The notes beneath the pieces were generated by a model. The model made no database searches. It was not told the DNA's origin and saw only the letters and a list, made by a program, of their open reading frames with translations. The translations under genes and the position numbers were made by a program. DNA of 64,000 bases, taken from the NCBI GenBank assembly GCA_011042725.1, contig DQWD01000185.1, positions 24,832 to 88,831 on the forward strand. The letters are read 5' to 3'. The stretch is from Candidatus Aminicenantes bacterium. GTDB lineage: Bacteria; Acidobacteriota; Aminicenantia; Aminicenantales; Aminicenantaceae. Positions 47,722-56,578 of the stretch are shown piece after piece; position 1 is the stretch's first letter; each line of letters starts with the position of its first letter.

Positions 47722-48370
47722 TTACTTTCTAAAGCTTCCTTATATTTTTTAAATTGTTAACACCTCTCAAAGGCTTTCTTCTATACTCGCATTTTTGCAA
47801 CTATTTAATTACATGAAAAAAACAAGAAATTATGGTTACACTATTCTCCATGGTTTTGTCAAAATATTTTAATTTTTATTATTTTTTATTATTAAGATAA
47901 ATATTCAACATCCCCCTTAAACCAGCAAGCCTCTCCAAAACTGAGATAGCCAAGGTAATGGCTTTAATTTAATTTATAAACATTGGTTGAGGAGAAAAAA
48001 TGAAGACACACAAAATATTTATCTCTCATTTTTGTTCTCGTGCAGGGAAAAATGGTGACCGGCGCTATATCTGCCAGTTGTCTTGGCAACGTCCCAGGCC
48101 AAAATAAGGTGCCTATCACCATTTTTCCATCACAGTTTTGGAGATGCTTCTCTCAAAATAGATCCAAAAGGCAAAAATATTCAGCCAAACAAAGATATAT
48201 TTTGAAGAAAGCAAAAATGGAATAAAGGTTTAAAATATATTTTTCTGAGGTCTTGAAAAACCTTGGGCTTTTTGAATCTTTTCAATATTATCACCACATC
48301 AAAAATGTTCACTTATCAGAAAATAGGACAATGCTTTGAATAATTTACGCGCTTAAATTATAATTCCTCT

Positions 48371-49060
48371 ATGTTCTTCCTTCCTTTCATCTTTCTTATT
48401 TTTTTCTTCTATCTGCTTATCATTGGCCTTCTTTTTTTCTTCCTTCATCTTGGGCTAATTAGTTTTGCCTTCGACCAGCTCGGAATTCCTAAAGATGCTC
48501 TATTTTCTCTTCTTTTCTTAATTTTATTAGGAAGCATGGTTAATATCCCCGTAAAAAAATATGTTGCTGAAGTCGAAAGGCCGGGACAAATTATTGACTT
48601 TTTCGGTTGGAAATTCAAAATTCCGCGCAGCAGTTACACCCAGCAAATGACCATCGCTGTGAATGTTGGTGGGGCCATAATTCCCACCTTAATCTCTATC
48701 TATCTTATTCTGAAATGGTTAGCCTTTTTTCCGGAAATAGCCATTTCTACCTTGATTATGTCTCTTTTCGTCCATAAGATTGCTCGCCCAATAAGAGGTG
48801 TCGGGATTGCCACCCCAGCTCTTTTGCCACCTTTAATGGCCGCCGCCCTTGGTCTTCTTTTTGAACTAGTTCTTCATCCCCAAGCAGCCCCGATTATTGC
48901 TTATACCTCCGGAACCCTAGGCACTTTAATCGGGGCAGACTTGATGAATCTAAAGAAGATCTCAAATCTTGGAGCCCCCGTGGCTTCCATTGGAGGGGCA
49001 GGGACTTTTGATGGCGTTTTTCTGACCGGCCTAATGGCCGTGATTCTAACCTCTTTTTAA
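48371..49060 (+). CDS. Polytopic membrane protein, possibly DUF1614-like
   Basis: 229 aa and very hydrophobic (MFFLPFIFLIFFFYLLIIGLLFF..). Family assignment is from memory only. Confidence 0.35.
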   Translation: MFFLPFIFLIFFFYLLIIGLLFFFLHLGLISFAFDQLGIPKDALFSLLFLILLGSMVNIPVKKYVAEVERPGQIIDFFGWKFKIPRSSYTQQMTIAVNVGGAIIPTLISIYLILKWLAFFPEIAISTLIMSLFVHKIARPIRGVGIATPALLPPLMAAALGLLFELVLHPQAAPIIAYTSGTLGTLIGADLMNLKKISNLGAPVASIGGAGTFDGVFLTGLMAVILTSF

Positions 49061-49097
49061 TTTTAACTTGTCTTAGTCAAGTCTACCTTGATAGGAA

Positions 49098-49670
49098 TTA
49101 TTTGCATTTACGGCTGAAGGAACGCCGTATCAATTCTTTGAATCCCAAATTTTTCTTTCTTTCGGGAAATATTCCCTCACTAACCTTAGAAACATCCTCA
49201 ATGGTATAGAATGCTTTGGGGTGATATTTCATGATGAGGGGAACAAGCTCAGGCAGACTCTCCCGGCGAACTACAATGTATAAAATTTGAACGGGTCCTT
49301 TAGCTCCCCGAGCGCTAATCGTCGTCAAGCCAAACTTCCGAGAATTTAAAATTTCTTTGAGAGGAGAAATATCTTTAGTGGTGATCAATCGAACAATTAC
49401 GGTCCCCATGGATAATTTCTGTTCCAGACTTAGACCGACAAAATTCCCCATAGCAAATCCAGCAGCATAGGCTAACATACACAGAGGATTATGAAGATTA
49501 ATCATGATCTGTTGAATGGCCAACAGCCAAATTAAAATTTCAAAAAAACCCACAAATGGAGCAATATATTTCAACCCTCGAGAAATAAAGATTATCCGCA
49601 AGGTCTGAAGAGTTACATCAATAACTCGAGCTAAGAAAATAAGCAAGGGTAAAAATAACCATGTCCACAT
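49098..49670 (-). CDS. UPF0316-family protein (DUF5698 membrane N-domain plus DUF2179 C-domain)
   Basis: 190 aa. N-terminal TM helices, then ..IVRLITTKDISPLKEILNSRKFGLTTISARG...HPKAFYTIEDVSKVSEGIF.., collinear with the Bacillus UPF0316 proteins (..KAFMSSYEIRSFKGGY..). Confidence 0.55.
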   Translation of the reverse strand: MWTWLFLPLLIFLARVIDVTLQTLRIIFISRGLKYIAPFVGFFEILIWLLAIQQIMINLHNPLCMLAYAAGFAMGNFVGLSLEQKLSMGTVIVRLITTKDISPLKEILNSRKFGLTTISARGAKGPVQILYIVVRRESLPELVPLIMKYHPKAFYTIEDVSKVSEGIFPERKKNLGFKELIRRSFSRKCK

Positions 49671-50364
49671 CTTCTAATCTTTCTATCTATTAAATTTTAC
49701 CATCTGGTAATTCAGAATTACCCGCATCTTAGATAGAATCCGCGAATTTGAAGTTTGTCTTATCTCTATCTTAAATAGATTCACCAATCCTTGATTCAGG
49801 CTCTTTATTTTAGACCAACTTTACAAATTCAGGAATTAGTTGGGGAAAAAAATAATTGTCTCTACTATCACATAAATTTGATAGGCCCAAGGCTGTAACC
49901 AAGCAAAATTCTCAAGATAAAAAGGAGAAAAAGGAGATTAATCTTAGCCTCTTTACCAATAAACAAATGAGGATTTTAAATAATTAAGTCATTGTTCATA
50001 AGTAATCATAAGTAATCATTACAGTCCCAACGTTTATTAAACGGAAAAATTTGTGTTGATATTGTTGAAGTTACACGATAAAAAAATGGAATTTTGTTTC
50101 AAATCGATTATGATATATTTCATTGTAATTTAATTGAATTCAATAAATTACCCAAAATGCAGAAATATCTTTGGGACACGAATGATAAGTAATAATAAAA
50201 TTTTAGATAAGGTAAGCTGCCCGGACCCAAGATATCTTTCCCTATAATATTCTTTAATCAAAGAAATGAAAGAGCCTAGTTAGCCCAAGAAAATAAACAA
50301 GCAATAATTGTCGCCCCAGCGGTTTTATTGAATTTTTCTCGGGCTTACTTTAGAATGAGAAAAA

Positions 50365-51645
50365 ATGGCCAAAATCAGGATTCTAGGAAATCATGATCTT
50401 CACCTTCATGGTCGGGTCAAGATTAGCGGAGCCAAAAACGCAGTTTTGCCTGCGATTGCCGCCTCTCTTTTGACTAAGGAACCACTCCAGCTTCACAACA
50501 TTCCCCTAGTCAAAGATGTTTTCACCATTTTAACCTTAATGGAAGGCTTAGGAGCCGAGTATTCCCTTGAAAATGACTCCCTTAGTATTCAGACCAGAAA
50601 TATTCGCTCTGATGAAGCTTCCTACGAGCACGTTCGAGCCATGAGAGCCTCTATTCTCGTCCTCGGCCCCCTATTGGCCCGGCATGGCAAAGCCATCGTT
50701 GCTCTTCCAGGAGGCTGCGCCATCGGTTCCCGGCCAATCGATCTCCATATTCATGGTCTGGAAAAGATGGGAGCTTTCATTTCTTTAGAACACGGCTACA
50801 TCCACGCCGAAACTAACAGGCTAAAGGGAACAGAAATAGAATTCGAAAAGAAGACTGTTGGCGGCACAGAAAACCTGGTGATGGCCGCTTGCCTAGCCCA
50901 GGGAGAAACAATCCTTCGTAATTGTTCTTTAGAACCTGAAGTAGTGAACCTCTGTCATCTCCTTGTTAAAATGGGGGCCAAGATTGATGGCATTGGCGAG
51001 GAAACCATGCAAATCAAGGGAGTTGAATCTCTGGGAGGAGCTACTCACGAAATAATTCCTGACCGTATCGAAGCAGGAACTTTCTTGGTAGCCGGGGCCT
51101 TAAACCAGGGAAAGATTACTCTTGAAGGAGTAATTCCTGAGCATTTAACCACGGTCATCGAAAAGTTAAAATTTTCTGGCACAGAAATTCACCGCCATCC
51201 CCACCGGGTTGACGTTTTAAGAGTTCAAGGCGCTCCGGAAATAAAACCTCAAGACGTCACTACTTCTCCCTACCCCGGTTTTCCCACCGATATGCAAGCT
51301 CAATTTACCGTCTTGATGACCCAAGCCGAGGGCACCTCGATTATCACCGAAACTATCTTTGACCGGCGCTTCTCTCACGTCAATGAATTACTCCGTTTAG
51401 GAGCCAACATTGAAGTTTTTCAAGACAAGGCCATCGTCAAAGGAAAAACCCCTCTCTCTGGAGCAGAGGTAATTGCTTCTGATCTCCGGGCCTCGGCCTC
51501 CCTAGTGCTGGCTGGACTTATCGCCAATGGAGAAACCATTATCAACGACATGGAACACCTTGACCGAGGTTACGAAAAAATTGAAGAAAAACTAAAAACT
51601 CTGGGAGCACATATTGAACGCTTACCGGAGGAGGAGAGTAGCTAA
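50365..51645 (+). CDS. murA: UDP-N-acetylglucosamine 1-carboxyvinyltransferase
   Basis: MAKIRILGNHDLHLHGRVKISGAKNAVLPAIAASLLT.. is the canonical MurA N-terminus. The catalytic Cys is in ..LPGGCAIGSRPIDLH... Confidence 0.92.
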   Translation: MAKIRILGNHDLHLHGRVKISGAKNAVLPAIAASLLTKEPLQLHNIPLVKDVFTILTLMEGLGAEYSLENDSLSIQTRNIRSDEASYEHVRAMRASILVLGPLLARHGKAIVALPGGCAIGSRPIDLHIHGLEKMGAFISLEHGYIHAETNRLKGTEIEFEKKTVGGTENLVMAACLAQGETILRNCSLEPEVVNLCHLLVKMGAKIDGIGEETMQIKGVESLGGATHEIIPDRIEAGTFLVAGALNQGKITLEGVIPEHLTTVIEKLKFSGTEIHRHPHRVDVLRVQGAPEIKPQDVTTSPYPGFPTDMQAQFTVLMTQAEGTSIITETIFDRRFSHVNELLRLGANIEVFQDKAIVKGKTPLSGAEVIASDLRASASLVLAGLIANGETIINDMEHLDRGYEKIEEKLKTLGAHIERLPEEESS

Positions 51646-51989
51646 TGGATGATTGTATCTTCTGCCAAATTGCCGCCAAAAAAATCCCGTCGAAAATTAT
51701 TTATGAAGACGAGGAAGTCATCGCTTTCGAAGACATAAAGCCTCAAGCTCCTGTGCATCTTTTAGTTATCCCGCGGGAGCATTTTTCTTCTCTCAATCAA
51801 GTCCCCGCCGGAAAAGAAGCTCTCTTGGGAAAAATTCTGCTGGTCGCCAGAAAAATTGCTGAAGAGAAAGGAGTCGCTGAATCTGGCTACCGAATCGTTC
51901 TTAATACCGCCGCGGATTCAGGTCAAGAAGTCCTCCATCTGCATTTTCATCTTCTCGGCGGGCGGCGAATGACCTGGCCTCCCGGATAA
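51645..51989 (+). CDS. HIT-family (histidine triad) nucleotide hydrolase
   Basis: ..VLHLHFHLLGG.. is the histidine-triad motif. The ATG overlaps the murA stop (TAATG). Confidence 0.85.
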   Translation: MDDCIFCQIAAKKIPSKIIYEDEEVIAFEDIKPQAPVHLLVIPREHFSSLNQVPAGKEALLGKILLVARKIAEEKGVAESGYRIVLNTAADSGQEVLHLHFHLLGGRRMTWPPG

Positions 51990-52028
51990 AAAAGGCCAGC
52001 TCATAAAAATAAAACAAGGAGGAGCAAG

Positions 52029-52685
52029 ATGAAAATTACCTGGTGGGGTCACGCAGCCGTTTACATCGAAGGGAGCCGGACCGTAATCATTGATCCTTTT
52101 TTAACCGGAAATCCGGTCGCGGCAATCACTCCGGATGAAATCAATCACGCCGATATAGTGATTGTCACTCACGATCACGGTGACCATTTGGGAGATGCTT
52201 TCACTATCTGTAAAAAGACCAAAGCAACTCTGGTGGGAATCCATGAAATTGCGGTCATGGCCCAAGAAAATGGGCTTGAAGCCGAAGGGATGAACATTGG
52301 TGGTACTATCCAAGTTAAAGGTGTAACTATCCATATGGTCAATGCTCTGCATTCTTGTGATAAAGGTGACCCGGCCGGAGTGGTGGTGGAGATGGACGGT
52401 CAAACACTTTATCACGCTGGGGATACGGCATTAACTTACGACATGAAATTAATCGGAGAATTTTTCCAGCCTGACCTCAGTTTCCTCCCCATTGGTGATC
52501 GCTATACCATGGGAATTCCCTCGGCCGCCAAAGCCGTTGAATTTACCCAAACAAAAAAAGTGATCCCCATTCATTACGGCACCTTCCCCTTGGTAGCTGC
52601 TGATCCTTTCGAATTCAAAAAAAGGGTGGGCGACCGAGCCGAAGTAATCATTCTTAAGCAAGGCGAATCCTATAACTTGGTTTAA
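52029..52685 (+). CDS. UPF0173-family metal-dependent hydrolase (MBL fold)
   Basis: MKITWWGHAAVYIEG...DIVIVTHDHGDHLGD.. is typical of the UPF0173 / YtkL-like MBL hydrolases. Confidence 0.8.
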   Translation: MKITWWGHAAVYIEGSRTVIIDPFLTGNPVAAITPDEINHADIVIVTHDHGDHLGDAFTICKKTKATLVGIHEIAVMAQENGLEAEGMNIGGTIQVKGVTIHMVNALHSCDKGDPAGVVVEMDGQTLYHAGDTALTYDMKLIGEFFQPDLSFLPIGDRYTMGIPSAAKAVEFTQTKKVIPIHYGTFPLVAADPFEFKKRVGDRAEVIILKQGESYNLV

Positions 52686-52744
52686 AACAGGCAGCTAAAA
52701 CTCGGAAGAAAAAAGAAAACGAGAGTAATTCTAGGTAGAAGGTA

Positions 52745-53227
52745 ATGGCCTATTTAATCGATGGCAATAATCTAACCGGCTATTTATTCGCTCCTTTCCT
52801 CCATAATCCTGAGTCGCGAGAATGGGTAGTAGAAATTCTCCTGATCTTTCAAAAAATAAAGAAAACTAAAGTCATCATTGTTTTTGACGGTCCCCCTCAG
52901 GCCGAACTGGAAGAAATGGCTCAAAGCAATGACCGGCTTGAAGTGCTTTTTCCACCCCCTGGAGAAAAGGCCGATAAGGTAATTATCGATATCCTGGCTA
53001 ATCGTACCAATAAAAAAAACTTCTGGGTCATTACTACTGACCGAGAAATCAGGACTAAGGCCCGTGAGTTGGGGTTTAAGTCGCTTGCTTCGGCTGAATT
53101 TGCCCAGGAATTAAAGCGAGTCCGTAAACGTCACCAGCGCTTTTTAGAACACCAAAAAGAAACAATAACACCTACTCCCTTAGAAATTCAGCACTGGGTG
53201 GAATTATTCAGCCAAAAAAAGAAATAA
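52745..53227 (+). CDS. NYN-domain (YacP/Rae1-like) predicted ribonuclease
   Basis: MAYLIDGNNLTGY... and ..KVIIVFDG.. resemble the YacP-like NYN (PIN-like) nuclease signature. Confidence 0.65.
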   Translation: MAYLIDGNNLTGYLFAPFLHNPESREWVVEILLIFQKIKKTKVIIVFDGPPQAELEEMAQSNDRLEVLFPPPGEKADKVIIDILANRTNKKNFWVITTDREIRTKARELGFKSLASAEFAQELKRVRKRHQRFLEHQKETITPTPLEIQHWVELFSQKKK

Positions 53228-53311
53228 AAAATAAACTAAATGCCTTAGGGCAAAGAGCTGGATCTAATTAATGAAAGCATTGATCCCCAAAAAATATAAA
53301 CTGTTAACCTT

Positions 53312-54187
53312 ATGAAAAAAATCACTTTTTCCGTGGTTGGGTCTGGCCGCCTAGGAACTTGCTTAGCTCGAGCCTTGGTCCGCACTGCCTTTCAACTGGA
53401 AAGCCTTTATAGCTTGCATCGGAAATCAGCCGAAGAAAGTCGCCAAATTATCGGCGCCGGCCGAGTGAGGTCTTCCTTGACCGAAGCAGTCGCCCAGGGA
53501 GAAATAATCCTTCTAACCGTTAAGGATGATTACTTGGCTGAAGTGATTTCCCGCCTATCTTCCCTTTCTCTTGACTGGGCGAGTAAATATGTATTTCACA
53601 CCAGCGGACTTTACTCTTCAACCATCCTGAAAGAGCTTCAGGAAAAAGGCGCCACCACCGGCGCTCTTCATCCCCTGCAAAGCTTTCCTCGAAAAGATCT
53701 CCCCCCCGAAATTTTTCATCAAATATTCTTTGTTTTTGACGGTAGTGAAAAAGCTCTATCCCTTGCTAAACAAATCGCCGAAAGCTTGGGTGGACAGCTA
53801 ATTACCCTGCCTCCCCACCAACGACCACTTTATCATACCGCCTGCTCACTGGCCTCCAACTATTTGGTTGGGCTTATTTATGCTTCTTCCTCTCTCCTTC
53901 AAGAAGCGGGACTGAATCAAAGAGAAAGTGTCGCTCTTTTGCGGCCTCTTATTTGCCAAACCATTAACAATATCCAAGAAATGGGAATAGAAGAGAGTCT
54001 CACCGGCCCCTTGCAAAGGGGCGATTTAAAAACAATGGCTCAACAGTTGGCCGCGCTAAAAGACTTCCCCTCGGTTAAGAGGTCTTTCATTTCTCTTAGT
54101 TATCTCCTCTTGGAAATAGCTGAAAAGAAGAGAGTCTTGTCCCCCCAAAAAATTGCGCACATTAAGCATCTTCTGGAAGAAAAATAA
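53312..54187 (+). CDS. Rossmann-fold NAD(P)-binding protein of the DUF2520 type (ProC/ketopantoate-reductase-like)
   Basis: N-terminal dinucleotide-binding motif ..ITFSVVGSGRLGTCLARAL... Length and C-terminal helical region are consistent with DUF2520 proteins. Confidence 0.5.
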   Translation: MKKITFSVVGSGRLGTCLARALVRTAFQLESLYSLHRKSAEESRQIIGAGRVRSSLTEAVAQGEIILLTVKDDYLAEVISRLSSLSLDWASKYVFHTSGLYSSTILKELQEKGATTGALHPLQSFPRKDLPPEIFHQIFFVFDGSEKALSLAKQIAESLGGQLITLPPHQRPLYHTACSLASNYLVGLIYASSSLLQEAGLNQRESVALLRPLICQTINNIQEMGIEESLTGPLQRGDLKTMAQQLAALKDFPSVKRSFISLSYLLLEIAEKKRVLSPQKIAHIKHLLEEK

Positions 54188-55091
54188 CCTCTTCCTCCAG
54201 TTCCAGGCCAAAACGGCGGCGAATTCTTTCTTTTAACGACGAAGCTAATTTAAGCACATCTTGAGCTGTGGCCCCTCCCAGATTATAGATAAAATTAGCA
54301 TGGGCCTGAGAAACAGCCGCTCCTCCCACCCGCAATCCTTTGGCCCCGACTTGTTCGAGCAGCGGAGCCACTGCTATTTTGCGGCCACTGGGAAGAAGGG
54401 GATTCTTGAAAAAACTCCCCCCGCTGGGAAGCGTGGGGGAGGGAAGTTTATTTCGCCTCTGTTTGAGAATCTCGCTAATTTTCGCCTTTAGCGCCTCTTT
54501 CTCACCAGGCTTCAACTTTAGCTTGACACTGAGGATGATGTCTTGACTATTCTTCAGACTACTCCACCGGTAGCTGAATTGAAGATGCGGAGGTTCAATT
54601 TCGATAATCTCGCCGGATCTATTTAAAAGACGAACACTCTCGACACATTCTCCAATGTCATGCCCAAAGGCACCAGCATTACCATAGACGGCTCCTCCTA
54701 CTGTTCCTGGAATACCAGCCAAGAATTCAAGGCCGGCCAGTGAGAAATCTTGCCCAAAGGTGATTAACTCGGCCAGCTCCGTCCCCGAATGGACCATAAT
54801 TCGATAAGAGTCCACCCGCTGAATTTTTCGCAACCCATTTTTGATGATTAAACCTCGATATCCCCGGTCATCAAAAAGAATATTATAGCCGCCGCCAATT
54901 ACTCGGAAGCGCAAGTCACACTCCCGCGCCAAATTTACCACGGCGAGCATCTCTTCTTCCTTAGTAGCCACAAAGAAAAAATCGGCCGGACCTCCGATCT
55001 GAAAATGACAATGATTAGCCAAGGGTTCATTAGTTGTTAAACTTTTACCAACTCTCTGTAAAAAAATTTCACAAATCTCTTCTTTTTTCAT
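54162..55091 (-). CDS. murB: UDP-N-acetylenolpyruvoylglucosamine reductase
   Basis: FAD-binding PCMH-type N-domain (..FQIGGPADFFFVA..RVIGGGYNILFDD..) and the MurB C-terminal domain (..PSGGSFFKNP..AHANFIYNLGGATAQD..). Convergent with the DUF2520 gene and overlaps it by about 26 nt. Confidence 0.9.
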   Translation of the reverse strand: MKKEEICEIFLQRVGKSLTTNEPLANHCHFQIGGPADFFFVATKEEEMLAVVNLARECDLRFRVIGGGYNILFDDRGYRGLIIKNGLRKIQRVDSYRIMVHSGTELAELITFGQDFSLAGLEFLAGIPGTVGGAVYGNAGAFGHDIGECVESVRLLNRSGEIIEIEPPHLQFSYRWSSLKNSQDIILSVKLKLKPGEKEALKAKISEILKQRRNKLPSPTLPSGGSFFKNPLLPSGRKIAVAPLLEQVGAKGLRVGGAAVSQAHANFIYNLGGATAQDVLKLASSLKERIRRRFGLELEEEVIFLPEDA

Positions 55092-55198
55092 GGAAGTCTA
55101 TTTTTATTTTAACCCCCTTCCCTTGATTAAACAATTAATTTTCTTAAGGATCAACTTGAATTTGGCACCAAATTTGCTATATAGTATTTTGTCTTAGT

Positions 55199-55241
55199 TA
55201 TAAAAGGCTATAAAAGGCACGTGGTTAAAAAAGGCACGTGG
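55199..55241. promoter_or_regulatory. Repeat cluster: tandem TATAAAAGGC x2, then two copies of AAAGGCACGTGG (each with the CACGTG palindrome) 17 bp apart; candidate regulator binding sites
   Basis: Read directly: ..TTATAAAAGGCTATAAAAGGCACGTGGTTAAAAAAGGCACGTGGCT... Located in the divergent murB / TPR-gene intergenic region, about 25 bp upstream of the TPR-gene -35 box. Confidence 0.35.
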
Positions 55242-55264
55242 CTAAGAATGCGGGTTATATTTTA

Positions 55265-55293
55265 TTGACAATTTGCATTTGGTAAGCTATGAT
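55265..55293 (+). promoter_or_regulatory. Candidate sigma70-type promoter: TTGACA, 17-bp spacer, TATGAT
   Basis: Near-consensus hexamers with a 17-bp spacer. A GAGGAGAG ribosome-binding site and the ATG at 55321 follow. Confidence 0.5.
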
Positions 55294-55320
55294 TCCAAAA
55301 ATTTTTGAGGAGAGACCAAA

Positions 55321-56508
55321 ATGAGAAAAATAATTGTTGTGCTTATTGCTCTAACTCTATTCCTCCCTTCCTCCTTCTTTGCCCAGTCCGAGGCTGATCA
55401 AGCTTATATTAAAGCAATGACCTCCCAAGATCCGGGGCAAAAGGCTCAATTACTCAAAGAATATATAAGAAAGTATGCAGGACAGGGAACCAAATATGAA
55501 AATTTTGCTTACGCCAACCTTTGTTTGCTCCAATATCCTGGCAAAACCCCTCAAGAAACGGTCAACTATGGGGAAAAAGCTCTCGCTCTTGATGGCCTCG
55601 ATAGTTTGACTAAAGCCCAAGTCCTCATCCAGGTGGCTGGCATTTATGTGGCCACGGGCCAAAATCTAAGTAAGGCCCAAAGTTATGCCAGCCAAATTAT
55701 TCAATTGGCTCAAAGCAATAAAGCAAAAGCTGACAAGGCCAACGCCGCCAAGCAATGGCAGACCTTTCAAGGTGCCGGATATTTCGTTCAAGCCCAAGCA
55801 ATGGAAAAAGCCGGCAACTTAAATGGTGCGGTCAAAGCCTATCTTAATTCCTACTCCATTTTAAAGAATAACCAAATTATTGCTTCTTTAAAGAAAGTCG
55901 GGAAGGCTTTATATGACCGCCAAAAATACAACGAAGCCGCCCAAGCTTTTAAGCTTCCTGCCACTTCCATGAACGACTTCCCCAGCCTTGTTTATTATGC
56001 TAAAGCTCTCCATCGAGCTGGTAAAACAACCGAAGCGTTGAAGTATTATAAGCAAGCTTATGCGAAAGAGAAAAGCGGCGAATTGGCCTATAACATTGGA
56101 ATCATTCTGGCTGCTCAAACCAAGACCAAGCCTTTGCTGAGTCAAGAAGCTATCGACTATCTCCTCCAAGCCGCCTTCTTGTCCAAGACCTATTCTGAAA
56201 AAGCCATGAAATTGGCCGAAAGCTTATTCTTCACCCAAAATCCAACCCTTCAATACAATGAAACAGTCAAAGAATTAGCTACGCGCGCCAAGAATCTGGA
56301 AAATTTAACCAACACCTTTAATTCTAAATTTGGAAACAAGGAAGAAGAAGAGCTCTCTGAAGAAGAAAAAATGGAAATGGAAAAGTTGCTCAAGCAAATC
56401 GAAGCCGAACAACAAGCAATTAAGGATCTGGAAGCTAAACAGCAAGCCGCCCTCGATAAATTCAATCAACTCATCGCTCAAACAAAACAGAAGTTGGGGA
56501 TAAAATAA
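55321..56508 (+). CDS. Secreted TPR-like helical-repeat protein with a C-terminal coiled-coil
   Basis: Signal peptide (MRKIIVVLIALTLFLPSSFFAQS), Ala/Lys-rich helical repeats, and a C-terminal coiled-coil (..EEEELSEEEKMEMEKLLKQIEAEQQAIKDLEAKQQ..). Confidence 0.5.
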   Translation: MRKIIVVLIALTLFLPSSFFAQSEADQAYIKAMTSQDPGQKAQLLKEYIRKYAGQGTKYENFAYANLCLLQYPGKTPQETVNYGEKALALDGLDSLTKAQVLIQVAGIYVATGQNLSKAQSYASQIIQLAQSNKAKADKANAAKQWQTFQGAGYFVQAQAMEKAGNLNGAVKAYLNSYSILKNNQIIASLKKVGKALYDRQKYNEAAQAFKLPATSMNDFPSLVYYAKALHRAGKTTEALKYYKQAYAKEKSGELAYNIGIILAAQTKTKPLLSQEAIDYLLQAAFLSKTYSEKAMKLAESLFFTQNPTLQYNETVKELATRAKNLENLTNTFNSKFGNKEEEELSEEEKMEMEKLLKQIEAEQQAIKDLEAKQQAALDKFNQLIAQTKQKLGIK

Positions 56509-56578
56509 TTAATCTTAAAAGATAAAAATTCTTTAAACATAATAATTTTAAGTTCCTCTTGGGGAGGAGGGTGGTAAA

